From NCBI RefSeq assembly GCF_006345805.1, contig NW_021829673.1, positions 1 to 31,998 of the forward strand: a stretch of 31,998 nt of DNA. The letters run 5' to 3'. Position 1 is the stretch's first letter, and the number at the start of each line of letters is the position of its first letter. Source of the stretch: Octopus sinensis (taxonomy: Eukaryota). The notes beneath the pieces were generated by a model. The model was not told where the DNA came from, ran no database searches, and was given only the letters and a program-made list of their open reading frames with translations. The position numbers and the translations under genes were made by a program. Positions 1 through 11,480 of the stretch are shown piece after piece.

Positions 1-720
1 GAATGTCGATCATTCCAACTGGGTGAAGAATGAGATCGACACACTGTTCAATGTATCTATCGGGAGCTGCCACAGGGCTGAGATCGCTGACTTCTTCAGG
101 ACATCCGTACTGTAACCCAAGGAGGCGCACAAACCCCTATATCTCCTTGTATGAGAAGATTGCCTGGCAATCCCAAACAATATGAACGCCACCCCATAGC
201 CAAGTTCAGGACGGATCTGGTAGAGATCTTCAAAGAATTTGGCTTTGTATACCGGTCACCACCAATTTTACCAAATTCGACTTTCTGAACGTACCGCTAC
301 ACAAGAATGCTGGCGAGTATTTCCCTTCCTGAAAGCCCCGCGAGAAAGCCGTGTATAGCTGCAGAAACCTCCAACCATCCCAGATAAAATAAGAATCCTA
401 TTCACAGGGGTAAGTAGAATATCAATGGATAAATAGTTCTTCAAAAGGCCCACTCTCCATTATAACGAAGCATTATCGTGGAGTAGATTTACCGTGAAGT
501 TTGTATATATAAAACACACCTCACCTTCGAACCCGAAGAGGCTCAGAAAGTGAAATAGCACTTGGTTCAATCCTCCATTTAACCGAGAAGATTCAAGCAA
601 CATAGCTAGGAAAGTGCCTGATGCTAATAAAGAAACACTTTTCTACAAGCCATAAATATTAGAAACTTTTCAACTCCTACAACATCAAGGTCAATTAAGC
701 CAGCTTAGACAACATCGTTT
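1..720 (+). pseudogene. Decayed Penelope-like element (PLE) reverse transcriptase C-terminal/linker fragment
   Basis: Manual translation across stops and frameshifts gives WVKNEIDTLFNVSIGSCHRAEIADF (cf. FDVTMGSxDGAEICE), LV*EDCLAI (cf. YRDDGLAI), DLVEIFKEFG, FDFLNVPL, SNHP, WFNPPFN, LIKKHF and KLFNSYNIKV. The motif order matches PLE ORFs upstream of the GIY-YIG domain. Confidence 0.8.
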
Positions 721-729
721 CTATGTGCA

Positions 730-747
730 TACACAGACACAGACACA

Positions 748-793
<46 letters not shown>

Positions 794-800
794 TACATAC

Positions 801-850
<50 letters not shown>
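730..850. repeat. Compound (CA)n/(TA)n microsatellite
   Basis: Direct reading. Confidence 0.95.
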
Positions 851-854
<4 letters not shown>

Positions 855-1131
855 GATTCAAAAGTCGCCATTCATAGGAACAATTTATTTTTTTATAAGA
901 ACAGTTTGTTGTTATTTAAACAGTCTCTATAGAGTTACGATTGTGTTGAATAGACATTGCAATACGTTTACCCCCACTCATTATGAACTCGTAGCAACAC
1001 ATCTGGTGATACGTGTGCAAAGGAGTTGGTGGTGAGTTCCTTCAATAATTGTCATGTATCTTTCCGCGATACACCATGCTTTCTTAATAAAAAATAAATT
1101 TTCTCTACGTACGGAGACTTTTGAATCACCC
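851..1131. mobile_element. Tc1/mariner-type MITE inserted in (TA)n
   Basis: TIRs gggtgattcaaaagtc (851-866) and gacttttgaatcaccc (1116-1131), with imperfect pairing extending to ~50 bp. TA on both flanks; no coding capacity. Confidence 0.85.
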
Positions 1132-1154
1132 TATATATATATATGAATATATAT

Positions 1155-1245
<91 letters not shown>

Positions 1246-1279
1246 ATGTATGTATATATATATGTATGTAATATATATA

Positions 1280-1343
<64 letters not shown>

Positions 1344-1362
1344 CGCGTGTGTGTGTGTGTGT
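1132..1362. repeat. (TA)n/(TG)n microsatellite
   Basis: Direct reading. Confidence 0.95.
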
Positions 1363-1872
1363 ATAAAGTTACACGATAAGAATATGGAAAGCTCCCCCAC
1401 ACAGTAGCGGCACCCCCGACGTCCCCAACAATAGCAACACCACCACCATTACCATTACCGTCGCGACTGCCATTAAAGTCTTTCTATACATTGACCTATA
1501 GACAGAAGATTTGAAGATTTACAATTCTATAATAACATGGATGAGTTCGAAAATGTCGAATAAGTTGGTTCGTTGTCTGCTCTAGAATATTGTGTCAGTC
1601 AACTGCAATAGAACATAAGGAAAATTGTCCAGAAGCTATCGATCCATTCATCCAGCAACATCAAAGTTCCTAACAAACAATAAAGGAAAAAAAAAACATC
1701 AGCGACACCACGTAGCCCCTACATATACACATATTGTGTGGGGTTGTTTATTATGTGAGTGTGTCTATGAAAGCTATCTAGTACTATGTATCACTACCAA
1801 GCTACAATGTGTGTGCATTTCTGTGTGTGCAAACGTATAAGTATAAATATATACTTATAGATGAGGATGTAC

Positions 1873-2108
1873 GGCGGCGAGTTGGCAGAAACGCTAGCTC
1901 GCCGGGCGAAATGCTAAGCAGTATTTCGTCTGCCGCTACGTTTTGAGTTCAAATTCCGCCGAGTTCGACTTTGCCTTTCATCCGTTACGCCGAGGTCGAC
2001 TTTGCCTTTTATCAGTTACGCACTGGGGTCGATATAATCGACTTAATCCGTTTGTCTGTCCTTGTTTGTCCCTTCTGTGTTTAGCCCCTTGTGGGTAGTA
2101 AAGAAATA
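1873..2108 (+). mobile_element. SINE family A (tRNA-derived head, Meta-domain-like core), copy 1
   Basis: ggcggcgagttggcagaa head with B-box-like gagttcaaattcc and core gactttgcctttcatcc. Perfect 15-bp TSD tatagatgaggatgt at 1856-1870 and 2109-2123. Homologues at 5738, 11777, 16479, 19927 and 22630. Confidence 0.9.
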
Positions 2109-2252
2109 TATAGATGAGGATGTTGGGTATCTTGGCGTGGTTGGGGACTTCGGTGTTGGTGACTCGATCGATCCACTGGGTATATAAAAACCATACTACA
2201 ATCAAGTTTTTCGTTCCTTTCAGAGTTAAGAGACTTTTTAGATTATACTATA

Positions 2253-2431
2253 AGTGGCTGCGTGATAAGTAGCTTGCTTACCAGACACATGGTTCCGGGT
2301 TCAGTCCCACTGTGTAGCACCTTGGGCAAGTGTCTTCAACTATAGCTTCGGGCCGACCAAAGATCTGTGAGAGGATTTGGTAGACAGAAACTGAAAGAAG
2401 ACTGTCTTATATATATATCTATATCTATCGA

Positions 2432-2475
<44 letters not shown>

Positions 2476-2769
2476 TTCACATCAATAACAAAGTCACTTT
2501 GATCCGTGTAGGAGAGGTGCAGCCAGAGGGTAGGTGTCCTTAAAGGTAAAAAAGTCCAACGGAGAAGTAGTGTCCGTCGAGGAAAGGTAAGAGTTTGTAG
2601 CGGTAGAATATAGGATTAAAGTGAGATGTATGTTTGTGTATCTGTTTGTCACCCCAACATCGCTTGACAGCCGATGCTGGTGTGTTTACGTCCCCGTCAC
2701 TTAGTGGTTCGGCAAAAGAGAGCGATAGAATAAGCACTAGGCTTACAAAGAATAAAAGAATAAAAGAAT
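2253..2769 (+). mobile_element. SINE family B (tRNA-derived, CORE-like; octopus OR-type) with internal microsatellite and ~150-bp insert
   Basis: agtggctgcgtgataag...ggttccgggttcagtccc...accttgggcaagtgtctt head, then tgtttgtc...cgatagaataagcactagg tail ending in (aataaaag) repeats. Many homologues in the window. Confidence 0.85.
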
Positions 2770-3139
2770 GCATGTATAGGTTTATTAGGAAGCATCTTAT
2801 CCGCTTCTGGTTTACAAATACCGAATGTCTACAAGAATATGACTCAAGAAAACACACACATGGTTACAACCATACATAATCATATCCGTATGTATACTTA
2901 TATTTTAGCTTTGAGTTTCTGAGACACCGTTTTGAAGTGATTTAATGAAACAAATCCATACCACCAGCACTTGGTATTTAATTCTGTTATTTATTCTGTC
3001 GATCAGTGTAAGGACTACGGAAAACTACTCTGACTTTAAACGTTGAGGAGGAGTACAAACAGAAGCCAAAATGATGCACATGCTTGCTCACACGTGTGTA
3101 TTTAGAGACATATACACACACACACACACACACACATAC

Positions 3140-3222
3140 ATTTGACGGGCTTCTATAGTTTTACTTTGTTGGAAACTGAACCCAAAACCATGTGATTACG
3201 AAGAGAAATACTCAACCACAGT
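3140..3222 (-). mobile_element. Degenerate SINE family B head fragment
   Basis: gacgggcttct...ctgaacccaaaaccatgtg...aaccaca matches the reverse complement of the family B head, with an internal deletion. Confidence 0.55.
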
Positions 3223-3270
3223 AATGTCGTCATCCTATACCTATTTATGTATATAGGCCTCCGTCTATTC

Positions 3271-3272
3271 AC

Positions 3273-3369
<97 letters not shown>

Positions 3370-3460
3370 CACCTATATCTCCGTCTGTTTGTCCACCTGT
3401 CTGTCCGTTTGTATGCCCCTCTTTTGGTCTCTATACCTATCTATCTGTCTGTCTGACTAA

Positions 3461-3530
<70 letters not shown>
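3271..3530. repeat. (TCTA)n tetranucleotide arrays
   Basis: Two long ctat arrays at 3273-3369 and 3460-3530. Confidence 0.95.
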
Positions 3531-3532
<2 letters not shown>

Positions 3533-3662
3533 TTTCTTCTTATATTTTCTTTTTTACGATCCCTTTTGATCGAAAACCTTTTTTTTCTCCCCAAAAAGAA
3601 AAGCTCCACTTTGTAATTTGTCCCCTCTGTGTTCAGCCATGTGTGGCTAATTAAGAAACATA
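3531..3662 (+). mobile_element. Probable LINE 3' terminal fragment sharing its tail with SINE family A
   Basis: Ends tttgtcccctctgtgttcagccatgtgtggctaattaagaaac, similar to the SINE A unit end tttgtcccttctgtgtttagccccttgtgggtagtaaagaaat. The upstream sequence is unrelated to SINE A. Confidence 0.5.
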
Positions 3663-4225
3663 TCTATCTATATATATGTCTTTTCATCAATCCGTCTATT
3701 TGAGGTCTCTATCTCTCTTTCTCTCGACCTCTTTCTATCTATCTGTCTGTCTATCTGTCTTTACGTTTATTATAAAACACGTATTTATCTGTATATATAC
3801 ACGTATGTATATCTACATAGACACACACATACCTACATACCCGCACAAACATAGAACCAAGTTGTACTTCATCTAACGTGGCTTTACAATATCTTTAAAC
3901 TAATCCAATATTCACTGAAAATGTTCACCAACTTATAATGTTATGTTAAACTACGTCATAGTCATGTGATATTCACTACATATCCGAAAATGACGTAATC
4001 AGGCGTGTACATTAAAATATGCAAAGAGCCATTACACTCATAACAGTTTCTGTTCTAATGTAGAGCCTTGCCATAATAAATTATGTTAATAAGTATTTGC
4101 ATCTTAGTATTGACAAAATATATCTTCTCGACGTTCAATTCATTTTTGTTTGTATTTAAACGTTTTGTTTTCTTCGCGTTTGATGATGAAATATCGATAG
4201 GTTAGTCCTCAGTTACTTCCTAATA

Positions 4226-4266
<41 letters not shown>

Positions 4267-4526
4267 ATATCTAACTGTTGTCTTTCCCTTCTCTGTTTCT
4301 ACGTATGTATGTATATATATCTCAGTATGAACGTATGCATATGTGTACGTATATATATATAAGCGTACTTGGAAATGGATGCGTTGCGTTCATTGATATA
4401 ATAATATAAATAATATGTATATATATATATATATTAATGCATGCAATGTATAATATTTATATACATGTATACACTCCCCACACACCCCACACAAACAAAA
4501 CACATGTACACACAAACACATATATA

Positions 4527-4749
4527 TGGGTACAGGACGTCACCAACTGTGTAAACAACATGAAATACGAAAACAAACGAGTTAAGTACGCAAACAATGA
4601 GAGAAAAAATGGAAAACAGGTCAAGTAAACACAGAGAACAACCCTTCATCAGTTGTAGGCTGTCAATCGACTCCTTATTTCGAGTATTTAACGTCAATAT
4701 GAGTATGCATATCCCCTCTCTAAATCCCTTTTTCTCCCCTTCACCGTTT

Positions 4750-4789
<40 letters not shown>

Positions 4790-5236
4790 CCTTTTTCTCT
4801 TTTTCTCTCTCTCGTTGCTTACAGGTGGCCGTCGTTCATCTTTCTTTTCCCGCACGGACGCTCAAAGGAATGGACGTTGTCTTTCTCTTCCTCTCTATCT
4901 TTTCTCTTTTCAAAAAATATTTCTCCCAGCGTTCATTATTTTCCTCTTCTGGTCTAAGGATACTCCATGTCTGTTTGCGATCGGTTTCCTTGTATGTTTC
5001 CGCTGTCCAGTTTTTGTTCTCAACTCGACCCGCCATGAATCCCTAATTTTATTTTGGTACTTATGGGAGCAACTGTCTTCGAAGACATATCGTTGAATGC
5101 TCGAAATGAGAGGTAGATAGACAACCGAAAACTGATGAAAGGTCGTTTTCTGTGTTTACTTGTCCTCTTTTCTATTTTTTTCCTCTCGTTGTTTGCGTAC
5201 TTAACGCGTGTTTTCGTATTTTAGGTCCTGCACCCA
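4527..5236. mobile_element. Non-autonomous TA-flanked element with ~150-175-bp diverged inverted arms
   Basis: 4527-4702 (tgggtacaggac...aagtacgcaaacaa...ccttcatcagtt) is the reverse complement of 5084-5236 (aactgatgaaagg...ttgtttgcgtactt...gtcctgcaccca). Both outer ends abut TA repeats. Confidence 0.75.
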
Positions 5237-5318
5237 TATATGCATATATATACACATACACATGCATGTATAAGTATATATAAATATATACACACGCATA
5301 CATACATACATACATACA

Positions 5319-5350
<32 letters not shown>

Positions 5351-5355
5351 CATAA

Positions 5356-5570
5356 TTCTTTTATTTCTTTTACAAGTTTCAGTCATTTAACTGCGGGCAT
5401 GCTTGATCACTGCCTTTAATCGAACGAATCGGCCCTGGATTTATTTCTTGTAAGCTCAGTACTTATTCTCTCGGTCTGTTTTGCCAACCACTGAGTTACG
5501 GAGCGTAAACACACCAACATCGGTTGTCAGGTGGTGATGATGGGGTTGGGGGACAAACACAGACACGCAT
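5356..5570 (-). mobile_element. SINE family B 3' half
   Basis: Reverse complement of the family B tail (gtttcagtcattt...gtacttattct...aaacacaccaacatcggttgtca). Confidence 0.85.
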
Positions 5571-5589
5571 TTATATATGTATGTATATA

Positions 5590-5647
<58 letters not shown>

Positions 5648-5655
5648 GTATGTAT

Positions 5656-5737
<82 letters not shown>
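5571..5737. repeat. (TA)n microsatellite
   Basis: Direct reading. Confidence 0.95.
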
Positions 5738-5739
<2 letters not shown>

Positions 5740-6000
5740 TTGAACTGAGAACGTAAAGACAGACGAAATACCTATTTCTTTACTACTCACAAGGGGCTAA
5801 ACACAGAAGGGACAAACAAGGAGAGACAATGGGATTAAGTCGATTATATGGACCGCGGTGCGTAACTGGTACTTATTTAATCGACCCCGAAAGAATGAAA
5901 GGCAAAGTCGACCTCGGCGGAATTTGAACTCAGAATGTAACGGCAGACAAAATACCGTGAAGCATTTCGCCCGGCGTGCTAACGTTCCTGCCAGCTCGCC
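5738..6000 (-). mobile_element. SINE family A copy 2 (includes the start of a second internal unit)
   Basis: Ends ctgccagctcgcc (reverse complement of the head); contains aaaggcaaagtcgacctcggcggaatttgaactcagaa. Confidence 0.9.
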
Positions 6001-6024
6001 AACATAATGTGGCTGTCCTGAGTT

Positions 6025-6171
6025 TCTTCCAATTTCTATCAACAAAGTCCATTCCGAGCACTTTGTTCGACCCACAGATATTGTAGAAAATATTAGCCTT
6101 GACTACCACGCAGTAGTGTGACTGAACCCGGGACCATGCTGTTGAGAATCAATCCACTTCCTGCGCAGCCA
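6025..6171 (-). mobile_element. Degenerate SINE family B head
   Basis: ccacgcagtagtgtgactgaacccgggaccatg...gcagcca is the reverse complement of the family B head. It may be the 5' half of the 5356-5570 tail, with SINE A nested between. Confidence 0.6.
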
Positions 6172-6512
6172 ATTCTACAACTAAAATGAACAGGTCACTA
6201 ATTCTTACTGGAAGGTTTCTTTGAATTTGGTATGCAAAGAAATGAAATAGAGAAGTGTGAAATGCTTAACTTTACTGAGACGATCATTTTCAAGTGTGAC
6301 TTTGTATTAATTTACATACATAAGAGATATGTGTCGTTGAACAAACACGTATGTTTATGTGTGTGTGTGTGTATATGTGTGAGTGTGTGTGTGTGTGGGG
6401 GGGCTGTGGCCATCCTTTTCAACTTTACGCGTTTTAGTCATTGGACTGCAGCCGTTTAGTGGCGCGGTCGTGATGTGTAATAGCAGACTCTATGATTTTT
6501 TCATGAAACCTC

Positions 6513-6567
<55 letters not shown>

Positions 6568-6656
6568 GTTTTTTCCTTCTTTCTTCAAATTTTCTTCCGT
6601 TTCTCGCCGAGTGTTTTCCATACACCTGGAAAATACTCGGCGAGAAACGGAAGAAA

Positions 6657-6690
<34 letters not shown>

Positions 6691-6735
6691 TATTATTATT
6701 ATTATTATTATTATATCATTATTATTATTATTATT
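6513..6735. repeat. (ATT)n arrays flanking a 72-nt fold-back
   Basis: ATT runs at 6513-6567 and 6658-6735; inverted repeat at 6588-6659. Confidence 0.95.
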
Positions 6736-6918
6736 CTTTCGATGATGTTGTTGGAGGAGGTGGACTTTGTATTAGTGGTAGCAACTATGTGATGGTGATG
6801 ACGGCTACGATGTTGGTGTGTGCTCTAGTTTTTGTATGTGTGTGTGTGTGTGTGTATATGTATGCGATATATAGATGTGTATATGTGCATATATATATGC
6901 ATATACATACATACATAC

Positions 6919-6969
<51 letters not shown>

Positions 6970-7365
6970 TGGTGCGTGGTGGTATCAACAAAGGCGGTGA
7001 TTTTCTGCATGGGTGTTTTACTTGGATAAGCAATGAAGATGGCAATAGTGCTTGAGATATTGGGAGTGGTGACGTCGGTGGTGATGGCGATGGCGATGAT
7101 GATGTTGATGATAATGATGATTATGACGATGTTGACGGTAGTGATGGTGTTGATGATGATGACGACGATGATATTGCCACCCGTTCGCTACTAGTGGTAG
7201 CTAATGGTTGTAGGACTCAATGTTGGTGACAAAGGTGATAGCTATGATGGTGGCGATGCTAGAAGTATAGGTAGTGGTATAGGAGTTCATACAGGCAATT
7301 GAGCGGAGGAATGGCACTAGTTGGGATCATATTTGTGACTTGTAGTCGTGGTGGTTCAGTGATTA

Positions 7366-7690
7366 GCGCAGGTGTGACTGTGTGGTAAAAACAGTTTGCC
7401 TCCCAAAAATATGGTTCCGGGTTCAGTCCCACTGCGTGGCACCTTGGGCAAGTGTCTTCTACTATAGCCTCAGACTGACCAAAGCCTTGTGAGTGGATTT
7501 GTTGAGCGGTTTTGGTGTGTTTACGCCTCCGTGACTTAGTGGTTCAGTAGAAGGGCCGATAGAATAAGTACCAGGCTTAAAGAAACAAAAGAAATCATGA
7601 ATTGGGGTCGATTCATTCAACTAAAGACTTTTCACAGTAGTGCCCCAACATGGCCGCAGTCTAATGACTGAAGCAAATAAGAGTAGAAAG
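7366..7690 (+). mobile_element. SINE family B near-complete copy (internal microsatellite segment absent)
   Basis: gcgcaggtgtgactgtgtggtaa head, accttgggcaagtgtcttctactatagcctc core, catggccgcagtctaatgactgaa tail. Confidence 0.9.
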
Positions 7691-8900
7691 TTAATGATAA
7701 TGAAGGTGGTAGTGGTAGTAACGTTGGTGATGATGCTGATGATAATGATAACGATGGTGATGATGATGGTGATGATGATGGTGATGATGATGATGGTGAT
7801 GATGATGGTGATGATGATGATGGTGATGGTGAGGAGGATGACAACTGTGATGATAAAGACGATGGTAATGATGATGATGATGATGATGATAAAGACGATG
7901 ACGATGATGTTAACGATGGTGATGCTGATGATGATAATGATGACAGTGGGGATGATGATGGTGACGATGATGATGGTGATGGTGATGATGATGGTGATGA
8001 TTATGATGATGGTGATGGTGATGATGTTGTGGTGATAATGACGATAGTAATGATGATGATGGTGACAACTGTATTGATGATGACGATGGTAATGTTGATG
8101 ATGATGATGATAATGATAATGATGATGATGGTGGTGATGATAGTAATGGTGATGATTATAATGATGATGATGGTGATAATGACGATGATGATGATGATGG
8201 TTATTGGTTTGTTGGAGCTTGATTGGATGTGGTGAGGGATGCTGTCGGTGGCGGTGGCGATGGCGATGACGAGGCTGTTATGAGGCTGTAGAGGGAGAGA
8301 TACAGGTGGAGGTGGCGGAGGTTCACTAAATCATACTAACAGTGGTGGCGTTGGCGATGGCAGTGGTGGTGGCGGTGGTAGGGGTGTTGATGGTGTTAGT
8401 GTTGGGGTGGTGGTCGTGAAGGTAGCAAGTGGTGGTGGTGTTGTTGAAGGCGGTGGAAGTGGTATCGTCGGTGGTGATGGTCATGGCCGTGATGGTGGTG
8501 GTGGTGTCGGTGGTGGTTATGACAGTGCTGTCCGTAAATTATGATGAAGATGATTATGATAATGACATTCAAATTTCTGACATACATGATGATGATAGTG
8601 ATGATGATAACGCTCATCATTATCATGGCGACGGTTATTATGACTTTTGTTATAATTATCACCATCATCATCATCATCATCATCACCGTTCTCCCCTTCC
8701 TCCTCTCCTCAACATCATCTTTATCATCATCACCACCACCACTATCATTACCATCATCATCACAGTTCTCGTCCACTTTCGCCTCCTCTTCCTCTCTCCC
8801 TCCTCTCCCTCCTCCTCATCCTCCTCCCCCACTTCCTCCTTCTCCTCTTCCTCCTCCTTCCTCCACTTCCTCCTCCTCCTCCTCATCATCATCATCATTA

Positions 8901-8934
<34 letters not shown>

Positions 8935-9065
8935 GGCGACACCAACGACGACGCCCTCTGTAACGACCAGGACAAAGAGTATGGCAACAATGATCTTCAG
9001 CATTACGTTGCCATTCAAGTAGCAATTCCAATGGTGATGATGATGATGATGTTGATGATGATGAA

Positions 9066-9102
<37 letters not shown>

Positions 9103-9426
9103 TTGATGATGATGATGGTGGTGATGATAATGATGATGATAATCATGATGAAGATGTTGATGATGATGATGATGATAATGATGGTGATGATGATGATGAT
9201 GAGGATAATCATGATGATGATGGTGATGATGACAGTGATGCTGATAACGCTATTACAGGTGGCGGTGAAAGTGAAGATGTTGCAGTTGTAACCGTAGTAG
9301 AAGTGCTGGCAGTAGTAGCAGTAATAGTAGTAGTAGTAATAGTAGTAGTGGTAGTAGTAGTAGTAGTAGTAGCGGTGGTGGTGGTGGTAGCAGTAATAGT
9401 AGTAGTAGTAGTAGTAGTAGTAGTAA

Positions 9427-9476
<50 letters not shown>

Positions 9477-9730
9477 ATAGTAGTAGTAGTAGTCGTGGTG
9501 GTGGTAGTAGTTGTCGTAATAGTAGTAGTAGTGGTAGTGGTAGCAGATGAGGAGTTGCTACCGGTTGAGGTTGTGGTGGTAGTAGAGGGTAGTGGTGTCT
9601 GCTGTGCAGGTGGTAGGCTGGGAGGCTAGAGTGGTGGTGGAGGCAGTGGAACTGTAGTTACGTTGGTGGTGTTGGTGATAATGGTAGTGGCGGTAGTGGT
9701 GTAGGTGGTGGTGGTGGTGGTGGTGGTGTT
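7691..9730. repeat. Compound trinucleotide low-complexity tract: (GAT/GGT)n, (CAT/CCT)n, (ATT)n, (GAT)n, (GTA)n, (GGT)n
   Basis: Direct reading. It accounts for all poly-M/V/H/D/S ORFs in this interval. Confidence 0.95.
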
Positions 9731-9854
9731 TTTCGAAGTGTTTCACTTTGATTTTGTTTTGCGACTCATTTTCAATGCAATATTTAATCTATTTGTCTGT
9801 TTGTTTGTCTGCCAAGGGAATTATTTCTTAGCACGAGCAATCCCCACTTTTAAA

Positions 9855-10080
9855 TACACACATACACACACACGCACACACACAAACACATACACGCACG
9901 CACACACGCAAATATACACATACACGCACGCACACACTTCCAAAATCGTCAAACATAACCCATTCACGTAACCTCACATACAAGGAACACGCAAACAAAT
10001 ATACAAACACACACACATATACACCACACGCAAATACACACACACACATACAAACGCGACACACACATCAACACACGTAC
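9855..10080. repeat. Degenerate (CA)n tract
   Basis: Direct reading. Confidence 0.9.
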
Positions 10081-10269
10081 ATTCGCGTAAAGAAGAATTC
10101 ACTACAACGCAGACATCTTTACGTATACTTGTGTATAATTATAGTCACGTCTGTGTACATATAAAACTGTGATTGCGTGAGTGTGTGTACGTGTTTGTGT
10201 GTATATATATATATCTTTGTATATATATATATATATGTACACAAATACATATATGTATATATATATATA

Positions 10270-10651
10270 CTAGCAGTATCGCCCGGCGTTGCTCAGGTTT
10301 GTAAGGGAAATAACTATAATGCATTTTTAGAGAGTTATAGCCAAAAATTAGCAAAAAAATGGAAAAAAACGATGGTAAATTTTTTTTTTAATTAAAAAAG
10401 GTGGAGTTGCGTCCCCTAGACAGTTTGCGCTTTGTGTTTCTGATTCTCGACCCCATGTCGAATTTATCGATTTTTTCAGAACTGGGGGAACTTTTCAAAA
10501 TTTTCGCTGCGTTAGTTTTGAATTATGACATTGGGCTATGTGTGTGTCAAGTTTCATCAGAATCGGTTGAAAGCAGTGGTCAGGGTGAGGGTACAAGCAA
10601 ACAGACACACAGAAACACGCACAGACAAACTGCCGTTTATATAGAGAGAGA
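10270..10651 (-). mobile_element. Non-autonomous Helitron
   Basis: The minus strand starts TC(tctctatataaacggcag) and ends with a GC-rich subterminal hairpin (cctgagcaacgccggg) followed by CTAG. Inserted between A and T with no TSD; (acag)-type repeat near the 5' end as in Lep1-like Helitrons. Confidence 0.8.
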
Positions 10652-10669
10652 TATATATATGTATGTATG

Positions 10670-10700
<31 letters not shown>

Positions 10701-10721
10701 ATTTATATATATATATAATAT

Positions 10722-10935
10722 ATCTTTTATTCTTTTACTTGTTTCAGCCATTTGACTGTGGCCATGCTGGAGCACCGCCTTTAGTCGAGCAAATCGACCC
10801 CAGAACTTATTCTTTGTAAGCTTGGTACGTAATCTATCGTTCTCTTTTTCGTAAAGTAATCGTAAAGTTACGGGGATATATACACCGACATCGGTTGTCA
10901 AGCGACGGTGGGGGAACAAACACAGACACAGAAAC
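10722..10935 (-). mobile_element. SINE family B 3' half
   Basis: gtttcagccatttgactgtggccatgctggagcaccgcctttagtcgagcaaatcgaccc is the reverse complement of the B tail. Confidence 0.9.
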
Positions 10936-10999
<64 letters not shown>

Positions 11000-11000
<1 letters not shown>

Positions 11001-11160
11001 GACATCGAAATATATCTCAGGAATGAGAATCCAGGTTCGAAATTTCCCCAAGACACCTGATGAAGGCTGGAGGGTATATCAGCCGAAACGTTGTTTTAGC
11101 AACAAACAAGATGAGGACAAATATCCGTTAAATGTAAATAATGTGAATAATGTAAATTAA
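11000..11160 (+). mobile_element. Penelope-like pseudo-LTR fragment containing a hammerhead motif
   Basis: Contains ctgatga-a-ggctg...cagcc-gaaacgtt, the minimal hammerhead layout known from PLE terminal repeats; follows a (TG)n tract. Confidence 0.65.
11053..11096 (+). ncRNA. Minimal type I hammerhead ribozyme motif
   Basis: CTGATGA 11057-11063; stem II GGCTG 11065-69/CAGCC 11080-84; GAAAC 11085-89; palindromic ACGT stem III; GUU triplet; stem I acac/gttt with one mismatch. Confidence 0.65.
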
Positions 11161-11268
11161 GAACAAATAACAAGATAGTGGGACACGGATAATTTAGGAC
11201 CGGTCAACAATACAACCGGTGTGAAAATGGGACAGAACGAAAGGAAAGCTGACCACGGGTCATACATA

Positions 11269-11480
11269 TGAGGTGGCTTAAATGTAGGTTTACAGTTATT
11301 CAACTATCTCTTTCAGATTCATATATTAACAGTTTTGATCTTAATTATAAATAAAATATGAAGCCATTATTCTATGCTAATTTAGTTAATTCTAAGATAG
11401 GAATTTAAACTTAATAAAATGTTTTAAAACAAATTTAAAGTGCCTGGTGATAACTGTAAACCTAGTTTTGGGCCACCCTG
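11269..11480. mobile_element. Tc1/mariner-type MITE
   Basis: Imperfect ~31-bp TIRs tgaggtggcttaaatgtaggtttacagttat / ataactgtaaacctagttttgggccaccctg; TA on both flanks. Confidence 0.8.

Noticed and set aside
1121-1400. [16 protein letters not shown] ORFs here and throughout the window
   Set aside because: Translations of di- and tetranucleotide microsatellites
8396-9629. His/Asp/Ser/Val-rich ORFs up to 197 aa
   Set aside because: Open in several frames and on both strands because trinucleotide repeats lack stops; no splice or domain evidence
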